From assembly GCF_006345805.1 (NCBI RefSeq), contig NC_043019.1, positions 5,827,360-5,891,359 of the forward strand: a stretch of 64,000 nucleotides of DNA, read 5' to 3'. A model generated the notes under the pieces. It was not told the origin of the DNA. It did no database searches and was given only the letters and a program-made list of their open reading frames with translations. This stretch comes from Octopus sinensis. Lineage: Eukaryota. Made by a program: the position numbers and the translations under genes. Shown piece after piece: positions 49,444 to 61,642 of the stretch (position 1 is the stretch's first letter; each line of letters starts with the position of its first letter).

Positions 49444-49666
49444 GTTTAACTTCCGTTTTCCGCGCTAGCACGGGTTGGACGGTTTCGACCGGGGTCTGGG
49501 GAGCTCGGGACTGCCCCAGGCTCCAGTCTAGTCTGGCAGTGTTTCTACAGCTGGATGCCCTTCCTAACGCCAACCACTCCGCGAGTGTAGTGGGTGTTTT
49601 TTACGTGCCACCTGCACAGGTGCCAGAGGGGTCTGGCATCGGCCACGTTCGGATGGTGCTTTTTAT
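49410..49666 (-). mobile_element. SINE family 3
   Basis: Family consensus match. Confidence 0.85.
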
Positions 49667-50512
49667 GGGGGGGGTGCAGAAATATAGGGGAGCACCAGTG
49701 GGAGGGGTGGTTCAGAGGACAGGTACTAGTCAAGTAGAACGTAGGATATCGAGAGAGGGGTAATGCATGGTGAAATAGCGTATTGAAGAGGGGGTTCAAA
49801 GAGTAGACACCTATAATGGTGGTGGGGGGTGCAGAAATATAGGGGAGCACCAGTGGGAGGGGTGAGCACCAGTGGGAGGGGTGGTCCAGAGGACAGGTTC
49901 TAGGCAAGAAGAACGTAGGATATCGAGAGAGGGGTAATGCATGGTGAAATAGCGTATTGAAGAGGGGGTTCAAAGAGTAGACACCTATAATGGTGGTGGG
50001 GGGTGCAGAAATATAGAGGAGCACCAGTGGGAGGGGTGGGCACCAGTGGGAGGGGTGTGGTTCAGAGGACAGGTTCTAGGCAAGTAGAACGTAGGATATC
50101 GAGAGAGGGGTAATGCATGGTGAATAGCGTATTGAAGAGGGGGTTCAAAGAGTAGACACCTATAATGGTGGTGGGGGGTGCAGAAATATAGGGGAGTACC
50201 AGTGGGAGGGGTGGTTCAGAGGACAGGTTCTAGGCAAGTAGAACGTAGGATATCGAGAGAGGGGTAATGCATGGTGAATGAAATAGCGTATTGAAGAGGG
50301 GGGTTCAAAGAGTAGACACCTATAATGGTGGTGGGGGGATGCAGAAATATAGGGGAGCACCAGTGGGAGGGGTGAGCACCAGTGGGAGGGGTGGTCCAGA
50401 GGACAGGTTCTAGGCAAGAAGAACGTAGGTAGGATATCGAGAGAGGGGTAATGCATGGTGAAATAGCGTATTGAAGAGGGGGTTCAAAGAGTAAGACACC
50501 TATAATGGTGGT
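49667..50512. repeat. G-rich tandem array, 5 units of ~157-180 bp
   Basis: Units start at about 49667, 49824, 49998, 50173 and 50333; variable duplication of agcaccagtgggaggggtg. Confidence 0.95.
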
Positions 50513-51814
50513 GGGAGAAAACGACATCCGGTATAGTTGGAGCAAAATAGAGATATCCGGTATTGGTGGTGGGGGGTGGGTAGGGCGGGCGCGCCGCGAA
50601 GAATCGGCAGCCAATTTCTATAAGGGAGATATATCTTAAATATCTATAACGATAACTAGTGAATTATACAGAATATGCAAAAACGAGGCGAGGCTGAAAA
50701 TAGTAAACAGAGTGGCGACTAGGGGGATCAGAATAATAATAATTAATAAATAATAATATATATATACATACATATATACAAGAAGCCATGGAATGGGACT
50801 GAACCCAGGACCATATGGCTGGGAAGTAAATCTTACTAAACAGCCATGCCTATGCGTATATGTTGTATATATTTCTGTGTGTTGTGAAAATATCAATCCC
50901 CCAATACATATATGTTGCCTAGTTTAGCTTGAAAACACATTTCTGTTAACTCTGTTCATGTTTTAAAAGTATTTTTAGATATTTCTATTTATAGCTCTTT
51001 ATATTGGGAAAAAAGGCATTTATAGAGATTTTTCAAAGAGATATTTTATTATTAGAATATAAGACATCAATAATCAGGATATTTGTTATTTTGTTTTTGC
51101 TGAAGTCCTTGAGAAAGATGTCGTTTCTGTCTATGAATACATACAAGACTCATGTAATTGTAGCTCGTTTTTTTTATGCTCTGTGATTACATCTGTCTGT
51201 TTTAAAAAATAACAATGTTGAAATACATAAATATAATATCTAATATGTCTATTTTCCAACCGATATATACATATTTATTAACGTGAACAAGGTTGAGATG
51301 CTGAATATAGACAATCAAAATTAGATGCTATAAATCTTTTCTACTTCATCAATCTACTCTTTTGCAAACATGATGTTCAGCAAACAAAGATGCTAACTGA
51401 TCTTATAAATTGGCCCTTGGTGCTTATATGTAGAGGGGAGGGTCTATATTGTTTTCAAATTTTGGCACAAGGCAAGCAATTTTTGGGAAGGGGTTAAGTC
51501 AATTATATCAACTCCAGTACTGAAAAAGGTCTTATTTTATTGACCCTGAGAAAAATGAAACGCAGAACCAATCCCAGTAGAATTTGGCCTCTCAATGTAA
51601 AGATGGACAAAATACCATGTAGCATTTTGCCCAGCATGCTAATGGTTCTACCAGTTCTCCAACTTGCAGGGGAGGGTCTATATTATTTTGACTCTAGCTG
51701 TTGGTATTGAGTTTGCCCCAACAAAAGTTCCTTATTGTAATTTTAGTTGAAATGCCAAACAGAGTATAAATTGCAAAGACTTAAGGTTTCTTGTGAGAAC
51801 ATGGCTGTAACGAC

Positions 51815-52037
51815 TCTCTACTCTTTTACTCCTTTACTTGTTTCAGTCATTTGACTGTGGCCATGCTGGGGCACCACCTTTTTAGCCGAGCAAATCGACC
51901 CCAGGACTTATTCTTTGTAAGCCTAGTACTTATTCTATCGGTGTCTTTTGCCAAACTGCTAAGTTACGGGGATGCAAACACACCAGCATCGGTTGTCAAG
52001 CAATATTAGGGGGACAAACACAGACACACAAACACAT

Positions 52038-52085
<48 letters not shown>

Positions 52086-52255
52086 CATAATACGACAGGC
52101 TTCTTTCAGTTTCCGTCTAACAAATCCACTCACAAGGCTTTGGTCGGCCCAAGGCTATAGTAGAAGACACTTGCCCAAGGTGCTACGCAGTGGGACTGAA
52201 CTGGGAACCATGTGGTTCGTAAGCAAGCTACTTACCACACAGCCACTCCTATGCC
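51815..52255 (-). mobile_element. SINE family 1
   Basis: Family consensus match. Confidence 0.9.
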
Positions 52256-52659
52256 TATGTCATAAAGGTAGAGTTACAATTTACATTCCATAGAGAATAA
52301 GGTCCCACATTGACAATTCTATTTCAATGCAATCAAAGGATAGAAATCAAAGTTTGCTGTTGTGAAATCTGACTCACAACACAGAGGAATCAAGGTAAAT
52401 TGTACAAGTGGTTTAGTCCTGTTCTGTTACTGTTTTGGTCAATTTACAAAAGTGCTATCTTGCAGGACTCTATTGTTTCTGCCAATTTATAAGGCAGTCA
52501 ATTATAAAACACTTCATTGCGAATGGAATTGCAATTTATTCAGTGCTATATTTATTGGAAACTCCTGAAAGTTCTGTGACTCCATTCCTTGTTATTTTGG
52601 TTTTAAAATCTCTTTTGGCTTTGGTTAAAGTGATGTCAAAGAAAGAAACAGAATAGTCC

Positions 52660-53165
52660 GAGAGAGAGCGAGAGAGAAAGAGAGAGAGAGGAGAGAGAGG
52701 GGGAGAGAGAGAGATGGAGAGAAAGAGAGGGGAGGGAGGGAGAGAGATGGAGAGAGAGAAAGAGGGAGGGAGAGAGAGAGATGGAGAGAGAGAAAGAGGG
52801 AGGGAGGGAGAGAGAGAGGGGAGAGGGGGGAGAGAGATGGAGAGAAAGAGAGTGGGGGAGGGGGGGAGAGATGGAGAGAAGAGAAAGAGGGAGGGAGAGA
52901 GAGAGAGATGGAGAGAGAGAAAGAGGGAGGGAGAGAGAGAGATGGAGAGAGAGAAAGAGGGAGGGAGGGAGAGAGAGAGGGGAGAGAGGGGGAGAGAGAT
53001 GGAGAGAAAGAGAGGGGGAGGGATAGAGAGGGCGGAGGGAGGGAGGGAGAGAGATGGAGAGAGAGAAAGAGGGAGGAGGAGGGAGGGAGGGAGGGAGAGA
53101 GAGAGAGGAGAGGGAAGCAGAGAGACAGACAGACAGACAGAGAGAGGGGGAGAGAGAGAGAGAGG
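52660..53165. repeat. Complex (GA)n/GATGGA polypurine tract
   Basis: Directly visible. Confidence 0.95.
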
Positions 53166-53942
53166 TAGAAACAGAAAGAAAGGAATTAAGAGTGCAAAGA
53201 AGCGAGAACAGAAGTGCAATGTTTATGGTTCCATTGATTTGACAGCAGCTCCATCTTGTGGAATTGGTAAAATATCTCCTCCCTAGAGATTGTCACAAAT
53301 CTCTATTTTACTGAAACAACCAATAATACAACCTTGACCACCACCACTACCACCACCACCGCTACTAGCAAATACTACAAACATCAGCACCACTACTATC
53401 AACCACCACCACCACCACAACCACCACCACCACCACTGCCACTTCTATCAATGATATTACAATAACTAAATCACCATCACCACAGCCACTACTACCACAC
53501 ACTACCATCACCATCTCCACTACCACACCACAACACCATCACACTACCACCACAACGATCACCACCATCATCATATGAAATGACCATACTTTGAACCAGT
53601 GATTGCTTAATTAGCTGACCCCAAGAGGTACAGGGTCAAATAGCAAAAGTACAAATAGGAGATACCACTATAGTAACAACACTACAAGGAGGAAAAGAAG
53701 CCATCACATGGTTCCAGGTTCAGTTCCACTGCATGGCACCTGGGCTGAGTGTATTCTACTGTAGGCTAACCAAAACTTTGTGAAGGGATTTGGTTGATGG
53801 AAACTGAAAGAAGCCCATCATATAACTGTAATTGCTATATGGTTGAATGACTAACACTCATGCCCAATACATAGGCATTTGAATTTATTTTTTACAATCC
53901 AGCTGTTCTTTCACACAGAATTTTGTCTATCTTCAAACCACT

Positions 53943-54004
53943 GGCTCTGATGAGGCTTATATAAGGGAATTGAATTGTTTATATATCAAAACAAACCGTT
54001 GGCT
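53943..54004 (+). ncRNA. Degenerate hammerhead motif (G12A)
   Basis: GGCU-CUGAUGA-G..C-AAAAC(AAACC)GUU|GGCU; followed by an AT-rich tail ending in (TA)n. Confidence 0.35.
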
Positions 54005-54134
54005 TTTTGGGTTTTTTAATAATTGTTTATGTTATATTATATTATATTATATTATTGTATAAATAAATCATTGGATTGTCAATTGTATCTCTCTATTCAA
54101 TTTATTGTATATATATATATATATATACACACAC

Positions 54135-54620
54135 ACAAAGGAATACAAAAAGTGGCACAAGAATGCAAAACATCCACACATGATACAAAAAAGGACAAGA
54201 AAAAACAAGGACGGATTATTTGGAGTTTTCTTTCCTCAGTCAAGTTCCAGATTATCTTTGCAATTTCGGCTGGTTATACTCGAGATTGCTCCAATCTGGC
54301 CAGCCTCAAGGAAAAACTAAGCTAAGAGCACTAGATTCCTTGGATGGAAGCAATGAATGTATACAAAAACAGACAGGAAAAATGGAGAAAAGGTACACAA
54401 ATACAAATGCAAATAACAGGACATTAACAACAGGTGTCTTTTGACTAAGGACAAATTAAATTAATCTGGTGTAGGTGAAAGAGAAGCCTTATGGCTGGGA
54501 CATAAGAGATGACAGGCATGGAGAGGAATATAGATGTTGCACGGATGGTAGTCGAACCAAGAAAGAAAGGTCAGGCTTGGCCAAACACCGGTCACCTGGA
54601 AGGAGAGGAGAGAGATAGAG
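54135..54620 (+). mobile_element. Interspersed repeat of unknown class, starting at (TA)n(CA)n; homologous to the 38595 hairpin arm
   Basis: gaatacaaaaagtggcacaagaatgcaaaaca..aaggacggattatttgg versus aaaatacaaaatggacaagaacgcaaaaca..ggacgggtc. Confidence 0.5.
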
Positions 54621-54939
54621 GCAGAAGGATAGAAGAATTAGGGAGGGACGAGAAAAAGAGAAAAGGGACAGAGTGATGTGAAAGAGGAGGGAAAGTGAGA
54701 ATGAGGAGAAAGCCAGGAAATGTGAGAGAGGGGGAACGAAAGAAAGAAGAGTGGAAAGAACAAAGTGTGAGGGAGGCTGATAGAAAGAAAGAAGGAAAGA
54801 ATATATATGTGTGTATACATACATACATACATACATACATTCATACATACATTCTTACATATATATACATACTACATACATACAATACATACAAACATAC
54901 ATACATGATGCATATATATATTATATTATATATATATAT

Positions 54940-55225
54940 AGAAGAAGAAGAAGACAAGAAGAAGAAGAAGAGCGAAGGAGAAAAAGAGAGAAAAAGAAGA
55001 AGAAGAAGAAGAAGAAGAAGGAAGAAGAGGAAGAGAAGAAGAAGAGAGAAAAAGAAGAAGAAGAAGAAGAAGAAGAGAAGAGAAGAAGAGGAAAAAAAGA
55101 AGAGAGGAGGGAAGAAGAAAAAAAGAGAAGAGGAAAAAGAAGAAGATGAAGAAGAAGAAGAGGAAGAAGAGGAAAAAGAAGAAGATGAAGAAGAAGAAGA
55201 AGGCGAGGATGAAGGAGAGGAAGGA
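54940..55225. repeat. (GAA)n-rich tract
   Basis: Directly visible. Confidence 0.95.
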
Positions 55226-55753
55226 AAGGTGATGACCTTTGATCCATCTTAGGATATTACAAAAATTAGTCATTAATAAAAGTCTGTATGAACGGTGTTT
55301 GTGTTCCGCAGTCCATTATTTTAGTGCAATTATAAATGGTTGTTTGTCTAGCAGTGACTAACAATGTAGAGGGTAACTATTTCAATTTCCTTGTATAATA
55401 ATCATGGTGGCCGTTGATGTATCCTGAACTCAATGTTAGCTGAGGCTGTTACATTAACTTGATAAATGCCTTTTAAAGTAATAATATACACACACACACA
55501 CATGCACACGCATGCGCGCACACACATGTACATACACATGCACTCACGCACACACAATCATGCACATGCGCACACATGGGTAGAGTGCATCATTGTTTGT
55601 ATAAAGACAACTAAACAGGTTGGCACCAGGAAAGGCATCCAGCCTTAAAATACTGCTTTAAAAGGAACTGCCTGACAGTTGCCTACTAAATGGAGAGACA
55701 GACATAGAAACAACGATGATGAAATAGAGAAGTTATATATATATATATATATA

Positions 55754-55852
55754 TATCTGTAGAAAAATATGTGACAATTATTCGGTAGCCAAGATAAAAC
55801 TCAGAGTTTTATCTTGGCTACCGAATAATTGTCACATATTTTTCTACAGATA
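55754..55852. repeat. Perfect 49-bp-arm palindrome with a 1-nt centre, in (TA)n
   Basis: 55754-55802 is the exact reverse complement of 55804-55852. Confidence 0.95.
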
Positions 55853-55944
55853 AATTTCCTCTATTTACTAATATTGAGGTCTCTTTCTTTCTTTTGTTAT
55901 CTTACCGTTTTTACCAATATATATATATATACACACACACACAC

Positions 55945-55990
<46 letters not shown>

Positions 55991-56214
55991 GTCCAACCCG
56001 TGCTAGCGCGCAAAACGGACGTTAAACGATGATGATGATGATGATGATGATATATATATATATATACATGTATATATATATGTATGTATGTATGCATATA
56101 TATATGTATGCATATATATATGTGTGTGTATATATGTATGTATGTATATATATATGTATGTATATATATATGTGTGTGTATATATGTATGTATGTATATA
56201 TATTATGGTGTAGT

Positions 56215-56545
56215 AGTGGCTGTGTGGTAAGTAGCTTGCTTCCCAACTATATGGTTCGGGGTTCAGTCCTACTGCATGCCACCTTGGGCAAGTGTTTTCT
56301 ACTATAACCTTGGGCCAACTAAATTCTTCTGAGAGGATTTGGTAAATGGAAACTGAAAGAAACCTATAGCATACGTGTGTGTGTGTGTGTGTATCTGTCT
56401 GTGTGTCTCTTTCTCTTTGTCCACTACCACCACTTCACAACCGGTGTTACTGTGTTTATGTCCTCATAACTTAGCCATTCAGCAGAAGGGAACAATAGAA
56501 TAAGTACTGGGCCAAAACAACTAAGTGCTGGGGTTGGTTCATTCA
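56215..56545 (+). mobile_element. Diverged SINE family 1
   Basis: Family architecture. Confidence 0.8.
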
Positions 56546-56691
56546 ACTAAAAACTCATCAAAGCCATCCCCCCCCCACCTGACTGGGCTAAAAACTAGGT
56601 ATTTAATAACCAAACCCTTTAAAGAGCCTAACCCAGCCTGTTTTATTCGAAAGTGATGCCCATCATCACTATTGCCATGAAGAAAAGGATA

Positions 56692-56891
56692 TTACTCTTT
56701 TACTCTTTTACTTGTTTCAGTCATTTGATTGTGGCCATGCTGGAGCACCGCCTTTAGTCAAGCAAATCGACCCCAGGACTTATTGTTTGGAAGCCTTGTA
56801 CTTATTCTATCGATCTCTTTTGCTGAACGGTTAAGTAACGGGGACATAAGCACACCAGCATCGGTTGTCAAACACAGACACACAAACATAT

Positions 56892-56929
<38 letters not shown>

Positions 56930-57099
56930 ATATATACGATGGGCTTCTTTCAGGTTCCGTCTACCAAATACACTCACAAGGCTTTGCTCGGCCCGAGGCT
57001 ATAGTAGAAGACACTTGCCCAAGGTGCCATGCAGTGGAACTGAACCTGGAACCATGTGGTTGGTAAGCAAGCTACTTACCACACAGCCACTCTTATGCC
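56692..57099 (-). mobile_element. SINE family 1
   Basis: Family consensus match. Confidence 0.9.
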
Positions 57100-57119
57100 T
57101 ATATTGTAGAACATTATAG

Positions 57120-58045
57120 GATTTCTATGTTTTATAATTTCGACTGTGTTTGTACTTCAGAGCGATGTCCCAAGCTGCTCTCTGCTTATGATAACAACAA
57201 CCTCATAGTTTTCTCTACGGCGTATCAATTATTCATAATTGATAATGTAAAAGTCTAAAATGGTTGCAGATTCCAGTGCAATATTGAAATGACTGACATT
57301 GCTTTTTTGCAGCATCTCTTGAGACTCAGCTCAAATATTATACATAAAAAGATGATGTTTCTCTAATGGGACTGTCTCTTGGAAGAGACTAAAGTGTTTC
57401 GATCTTGTTCTAAGTCTGCTCTTGTGCTTTAAAAACTGGTATGAATCTCAGCTTGAAAAGAAGTCATCTGAAAACTGTTGTATTTTCTGATGTTTAACAA
57501 AAGTGCTGAATTTCTCAATAGTGGAAGCAAGATTTCTTAAGGGCTCTGAGGGATCAACAAATACAGCTAGACTAACTTTTCTATTAGAACAATGCCTTAC
57601 AGCTGTCAATTGTTTTTGTTTTTCACTTAAGCACTTGTAACAAACTTTGGGATATAGTGCTAATTTTTCCAGAAGCATAATCCCATTTAGGCTCAGATTT
57701 GAACTTATTTTTCTTCTATTATTCATGTGTACAACTGAGATTTAGCCTCTGCTTTTCTTACCGACTGAGCTTTACATTTGGCCTGGTGCATTTGTGGGCT
57801 TTTGTGCCACTTATGCACAACCTATCTCTCAGATATCTCTCTTTTACTTGTTTCAGTCATTTGACTGTGGCCATGCTGGAGCACCGCCTTTAGTCGAGCA
57901 ACTCGACCACAGGACTTATTCTTTGTAAGCCCAGTACTTATTCTATCAGTCCCTTTTGCCGAACCGCTAAGTGACGGGGACATAAACACACCAGCATCGG
58001 TTGTCAAGCAATGCTAGGGGGACAAACACAGACACACAAACATAT

Positions 58046-58103
<58 letters not shown>

Positions 58104-58420
58104 GACGGGCTTCTTTCAGTTTCCGTCTACCAAATCCACTCACAAGGCTTTGGTCGGCCTGAGGCTATAGTAGAAGACACTTGCCCAAGGTGCCACGCAG
58201 TGGGACTGAACCCGAAACTATGTGGTTGGTAAGCAAGCTACTTACCACACAGCCACTCCTGCGCCTGGTAACATTCTGTTAAAAGTGAACTTGTTATTCA
58301 CCAAGTGTCTCCTATTTCTTTGAAACAACCAATCTGTTTCTGCTAAGTCTTGTCTTCTGTGAGCTGCATTCTTGACAGCATCTGTTGTCACAGATTTTCT
58401 CTTCCAGCTGCCCTCAAAAC
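57120..58420 (-). pseudogene. Possible second, highly decayed POGK-like pogo transposase split by a SINE
   Basis: WKRKSVTTD..LAETD..RHLVN [SINE] VVHKWHK..SQLYT*IIEEK loosely matches BrkDBD/HTH. Confidence 0.3.
57837..58265 (-). mobile_element. SINE family 1
   Basis: Family consensus match. Confidence 0.9.
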
Positions 58421-58434
58421 ACGCAAACATTTAA

Positions 58435-58656
58435 CCCTTCTCTAACCATATTTCTGTTGAACTACACTGAACTTGTTTCAATTAATTTTGAAAATAAAAA
58501 AAAAATCGGTAAAATATCTTGGTCATTACTAAGCCGCTAATTAGAACATAAATTAACATGGAATTTTAATGGGAAATTTTAATTTAGATCACTTTATATA
58601 AAAAGTTTGTATCAATAGAAGCTGGGACAGACTTGGGCAGGTTGGTATCAAAAGGG
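58435..58656. mobile_element. piggyBac-type MITE
   Basis: TTAA at 58431-58434 and 58657-58660 flanking CCCTT...AAGGG termini. Confidence 0.7.
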
Positions 58657-59396
58657 TTAACAAGAGAGGGAGGATGTTGTGTGGGACATCTTTTTCTGAG
58701 GTATTATTGATGTGAACATCATTTCAAACAAATGATGAGAAATGAAAGGATTATATTTGGTTGTGAGCGTAATTTGAACCTGTATCCATAAACCATGACT
58801 TTCACAATCAGTTGCTGATGAAGGTTACGCTAGTATGATATGTTGAAATGCTGAAAATGTCAATGTAGTATCTGATTTTCATTAATTTCAGTGGAAAATG
58901 GGTCGTAAATCATTCATAAAAAGGGGAAAAGTATATTCAGGAACTAAAGATTCATGGGTGCAAGCTAAAATTATGGCTATAACCGAATGTTTTCCCCCTT
59001 TTTTTATTAAGGATTTACTACCCATTAATAGAAATCCAATTGTAACTGAAAGGGGATTCGAGGAAATGTGATTTTAAATAGAAATACGGTTGCAAGATAA
59101 ATGAGAGATGAAAGTAATTTTGCAAATGGGAAGGAGAGAAGATATAAAGATATAAGCAAAAAGGAAGGGGGGAGAGGGGAAGTGAAATGACAGGCCATAG
59201 AGAGGGGGAGAGAGTGTGAGACAGAGAAAGAATGAAAGAGAGAGAGAGAGAGAGGATTAGGTGAGAGGAAATATGCAGTAGTGAGAGGGTTGCAGAGATA
59301 GAAAGTTAAGACAATGAAAGAGAGATATAAGAAGGCAAAAGCAAAGGACAAAGGGAAAGAGAGAGAGACGGTGATAAAGAGTGTGATGAGGTAGGG

Positions 59397-59431
<35 letters not shown>

Positions 59432-60496
59432 CAGGGGTAAAAGGAAAGGAAAATAAATATAAAAAGATTTGGTAGTAAAAGAGGGGTTAGAAGGGAGGGG
59501 AAATGAGAGAAGATTGAGAAAGAGAAACAAAATGAACGATTGAGAAAGAACGAGAGAGAAAGGAATGGTTGAAAACGAAAAGGCTTCCAATGAGGTGCAG
59601 GAAGAGGTAAGGAATTGAAAGGCAGAGATTCAGCACTGTAGTGACAGCAGAAAAAAAGCAATAGTGACACACAAAAGAAAGAGGGAGGAGAGGTGAAAGT
59701 CTGGAGGTGTAGGAAGAGATATTGAAAGCATTGCATCTTTTTGGTTGGGCTGTGCAACGAAATAAAGCTGTATGAGGCAGAATTGAATACAATATATTCG
59801 TGTAAAGTTATATCTAACATGTTTGTGTATGGGCTACTCAAATGTATATATATGTCTCACTTTCTGTCTCTGCTTTTCTCTCTATATATATATACATATA
59901 TATATTGTTATATTTCGGAATGGTCATTTTGCCAGTTTAGCCAATAAATCTTGCACAACAAATATATAAGCGTATATATATATATATATATATATCAGGT
60001 ACTACAAGGTTAAAGGAGATACCTGAGATTAATTACAGAAGTATCAAATTGCTGGACCAAGCCATGAAAGTTACAGAAAGAGTTATAGCCTAATTAATTA
60101 GGAACCGGATCAGATTAGGTGAAATGCAGTTTGGCTTTGTGTTTGGAGAGAAGCACTACTGATGGCTTCATAGGCAGATAACTGCAGAAGTATTTGGCTG
60201 ATAATAAGCCATTCTACTTGGTATTGGTTGACTTGGAAAAGGCCTTCTACGGAGTACCCCACTGCGTGATATGGTAGGCTCTGAGAAAGCTAGGGGTAAA
60301 TGAGTTGCTTGTGAAAGCTGTACAGGCCATGCACAGACATTCTGTCTGTGAAGTGAGAGCCATTAGCCATGAGCACAGTCATTAATCTAAGCATTCATCA
60401 GGGTTCAGTTCTCAGTCCCCTCCTATTTATCATTGTCCTCCTGGCCATAACAAAAGAATTCAAGACTAGTTTTCACCCTAGGAACTGCTATATACT

Positions 60497-60670
60497 CTGG
60501 AAGCCATCTGCTCGCGATATCAAAGGGCGCACACTCTCCTACCCTGATATAATCTCCAGGGATACAGGCATCCAGCAACAGGACCTCCGTAATGCTGTGA
60601 TAGACCGTGAAGTCTGGCGTAACATAGTAAATTCCATTGTCTTGACCACTGTCGAACAATGATGATGATG
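60497..60670 (+). mobile_element. 174-bp 5'-truncated LINE 3' end inserted in the YxDD motif of the RTE RT; 7-bp TSD
   Basis: TSD atatact at 60490-60496 and 60671-60677; encodes WKPSARDIKGRTLSYPDIISRDTGIQQQDLRNAVIDREVWRNIVNSIVLTTVEQ*; same family as 2855-2929. Confidence 0.85.
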
Positions 60671-61211
60671 ATATACTGATGATCTTGCTATTATAGCAGA
60701 TTGTGTAACAAAACTAGAAAAGAAATTCCTGGTGTGGAAGCAAAACTTGGAATTGATGGGCCTAAAGGTTAACTTAGCAAAGACTAAGGTTCTAGTAAGC
60801 AAGAAAATGGACAGGACCCTATATCTATCAGACAAATGGCCCTTTTTGATTTGTAGAAAAAGTGCATGCAGGAATTCCATTTGGTGAACCATGGACACAC
60901 AAGAGGACTAGGGGAATACTAGGGAGGTTATCAGAGAGAGTAGTGTTTGTATGTGGAAGATGTACAAGAGCCACAAAGACTACAGATACATGGGGAATTG
61001 ATCTTCTCAAATGCCTTGGAGGATCCTTAGACGTATTGTATAATACCTGCAATATAGGGGACCTAAATAGCAGTGGGGACGGATGTACAGAAAGTGTAAT
61101 GTAGGAAAAGGATAGAGAAAATTTAGAGAGCTTTACCTCTGTTGACAGCCAAAGGTTTCCTCCTCTGTGTGAAAGGAAGATTGTATGCTGCATGTTTACA
61201 AACAGCAATGT

Positions 61212-61642
61212 CACATGGTAGTGAAACATGGTAATGAGACATGTTACATGGTAATGAGACATGTTACATGGTAGTGAAACATGTTACATGGTAGTGAGAC
61301 ATGTTACATGGTAGTGAGACATGTTACATGGTAGTGAGACATGCTACATGGTAGTGAGACATGCTACATGGTAGTGAGACATGCTACATGGTAGTGAGAC
61401 ATGCTACATGGTAGTTAAACATGTTACATGGTAGTGAGACATGTTACATGGTAGTGAGACATGCTACATGGTAGTGAGACATGCTACATGGTAGTGAGAC
61501 ATGCTACATGGTAGTGAGACATGCTACATGGTAGTGAAATATGTTACATGGTAGTGAACATGTTACATGGTAGTGAGACATGTTACATGGTAGTGAGACA
61601 TGCTACATGGTAGTGAGACATGCTACATGGTAGTGAGCCATG
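61212..61642 (+). repeat. 20-bp minisatellite (~21 units, acatggtagtgagacatgYt) derived from RTE coding sequence
   Basis: Begins at the codons for HGSETW (cat ggt agt gaa aca tgg). Confidence 0.9.

Noticed and set aside
50583-50623. Pol II promoter (GGGCGG, CCAAT, TATAA in order)
   Set aside because: CCAAT and TATA are only 3 nt apart, there is no downstream exon or ORF, and it sits at a repeat end.
54255-54310. Hammerhead on the minus strand (GGCUGG..CCAGCC-GAAA)
   Set aside because: There is no CUGANGA upstream and no U-H cleavage site after stem III.
58810-58860. CTGATGAAGG motif
   Set aside because: No pairing stem II or GAAAC..GUH follows.
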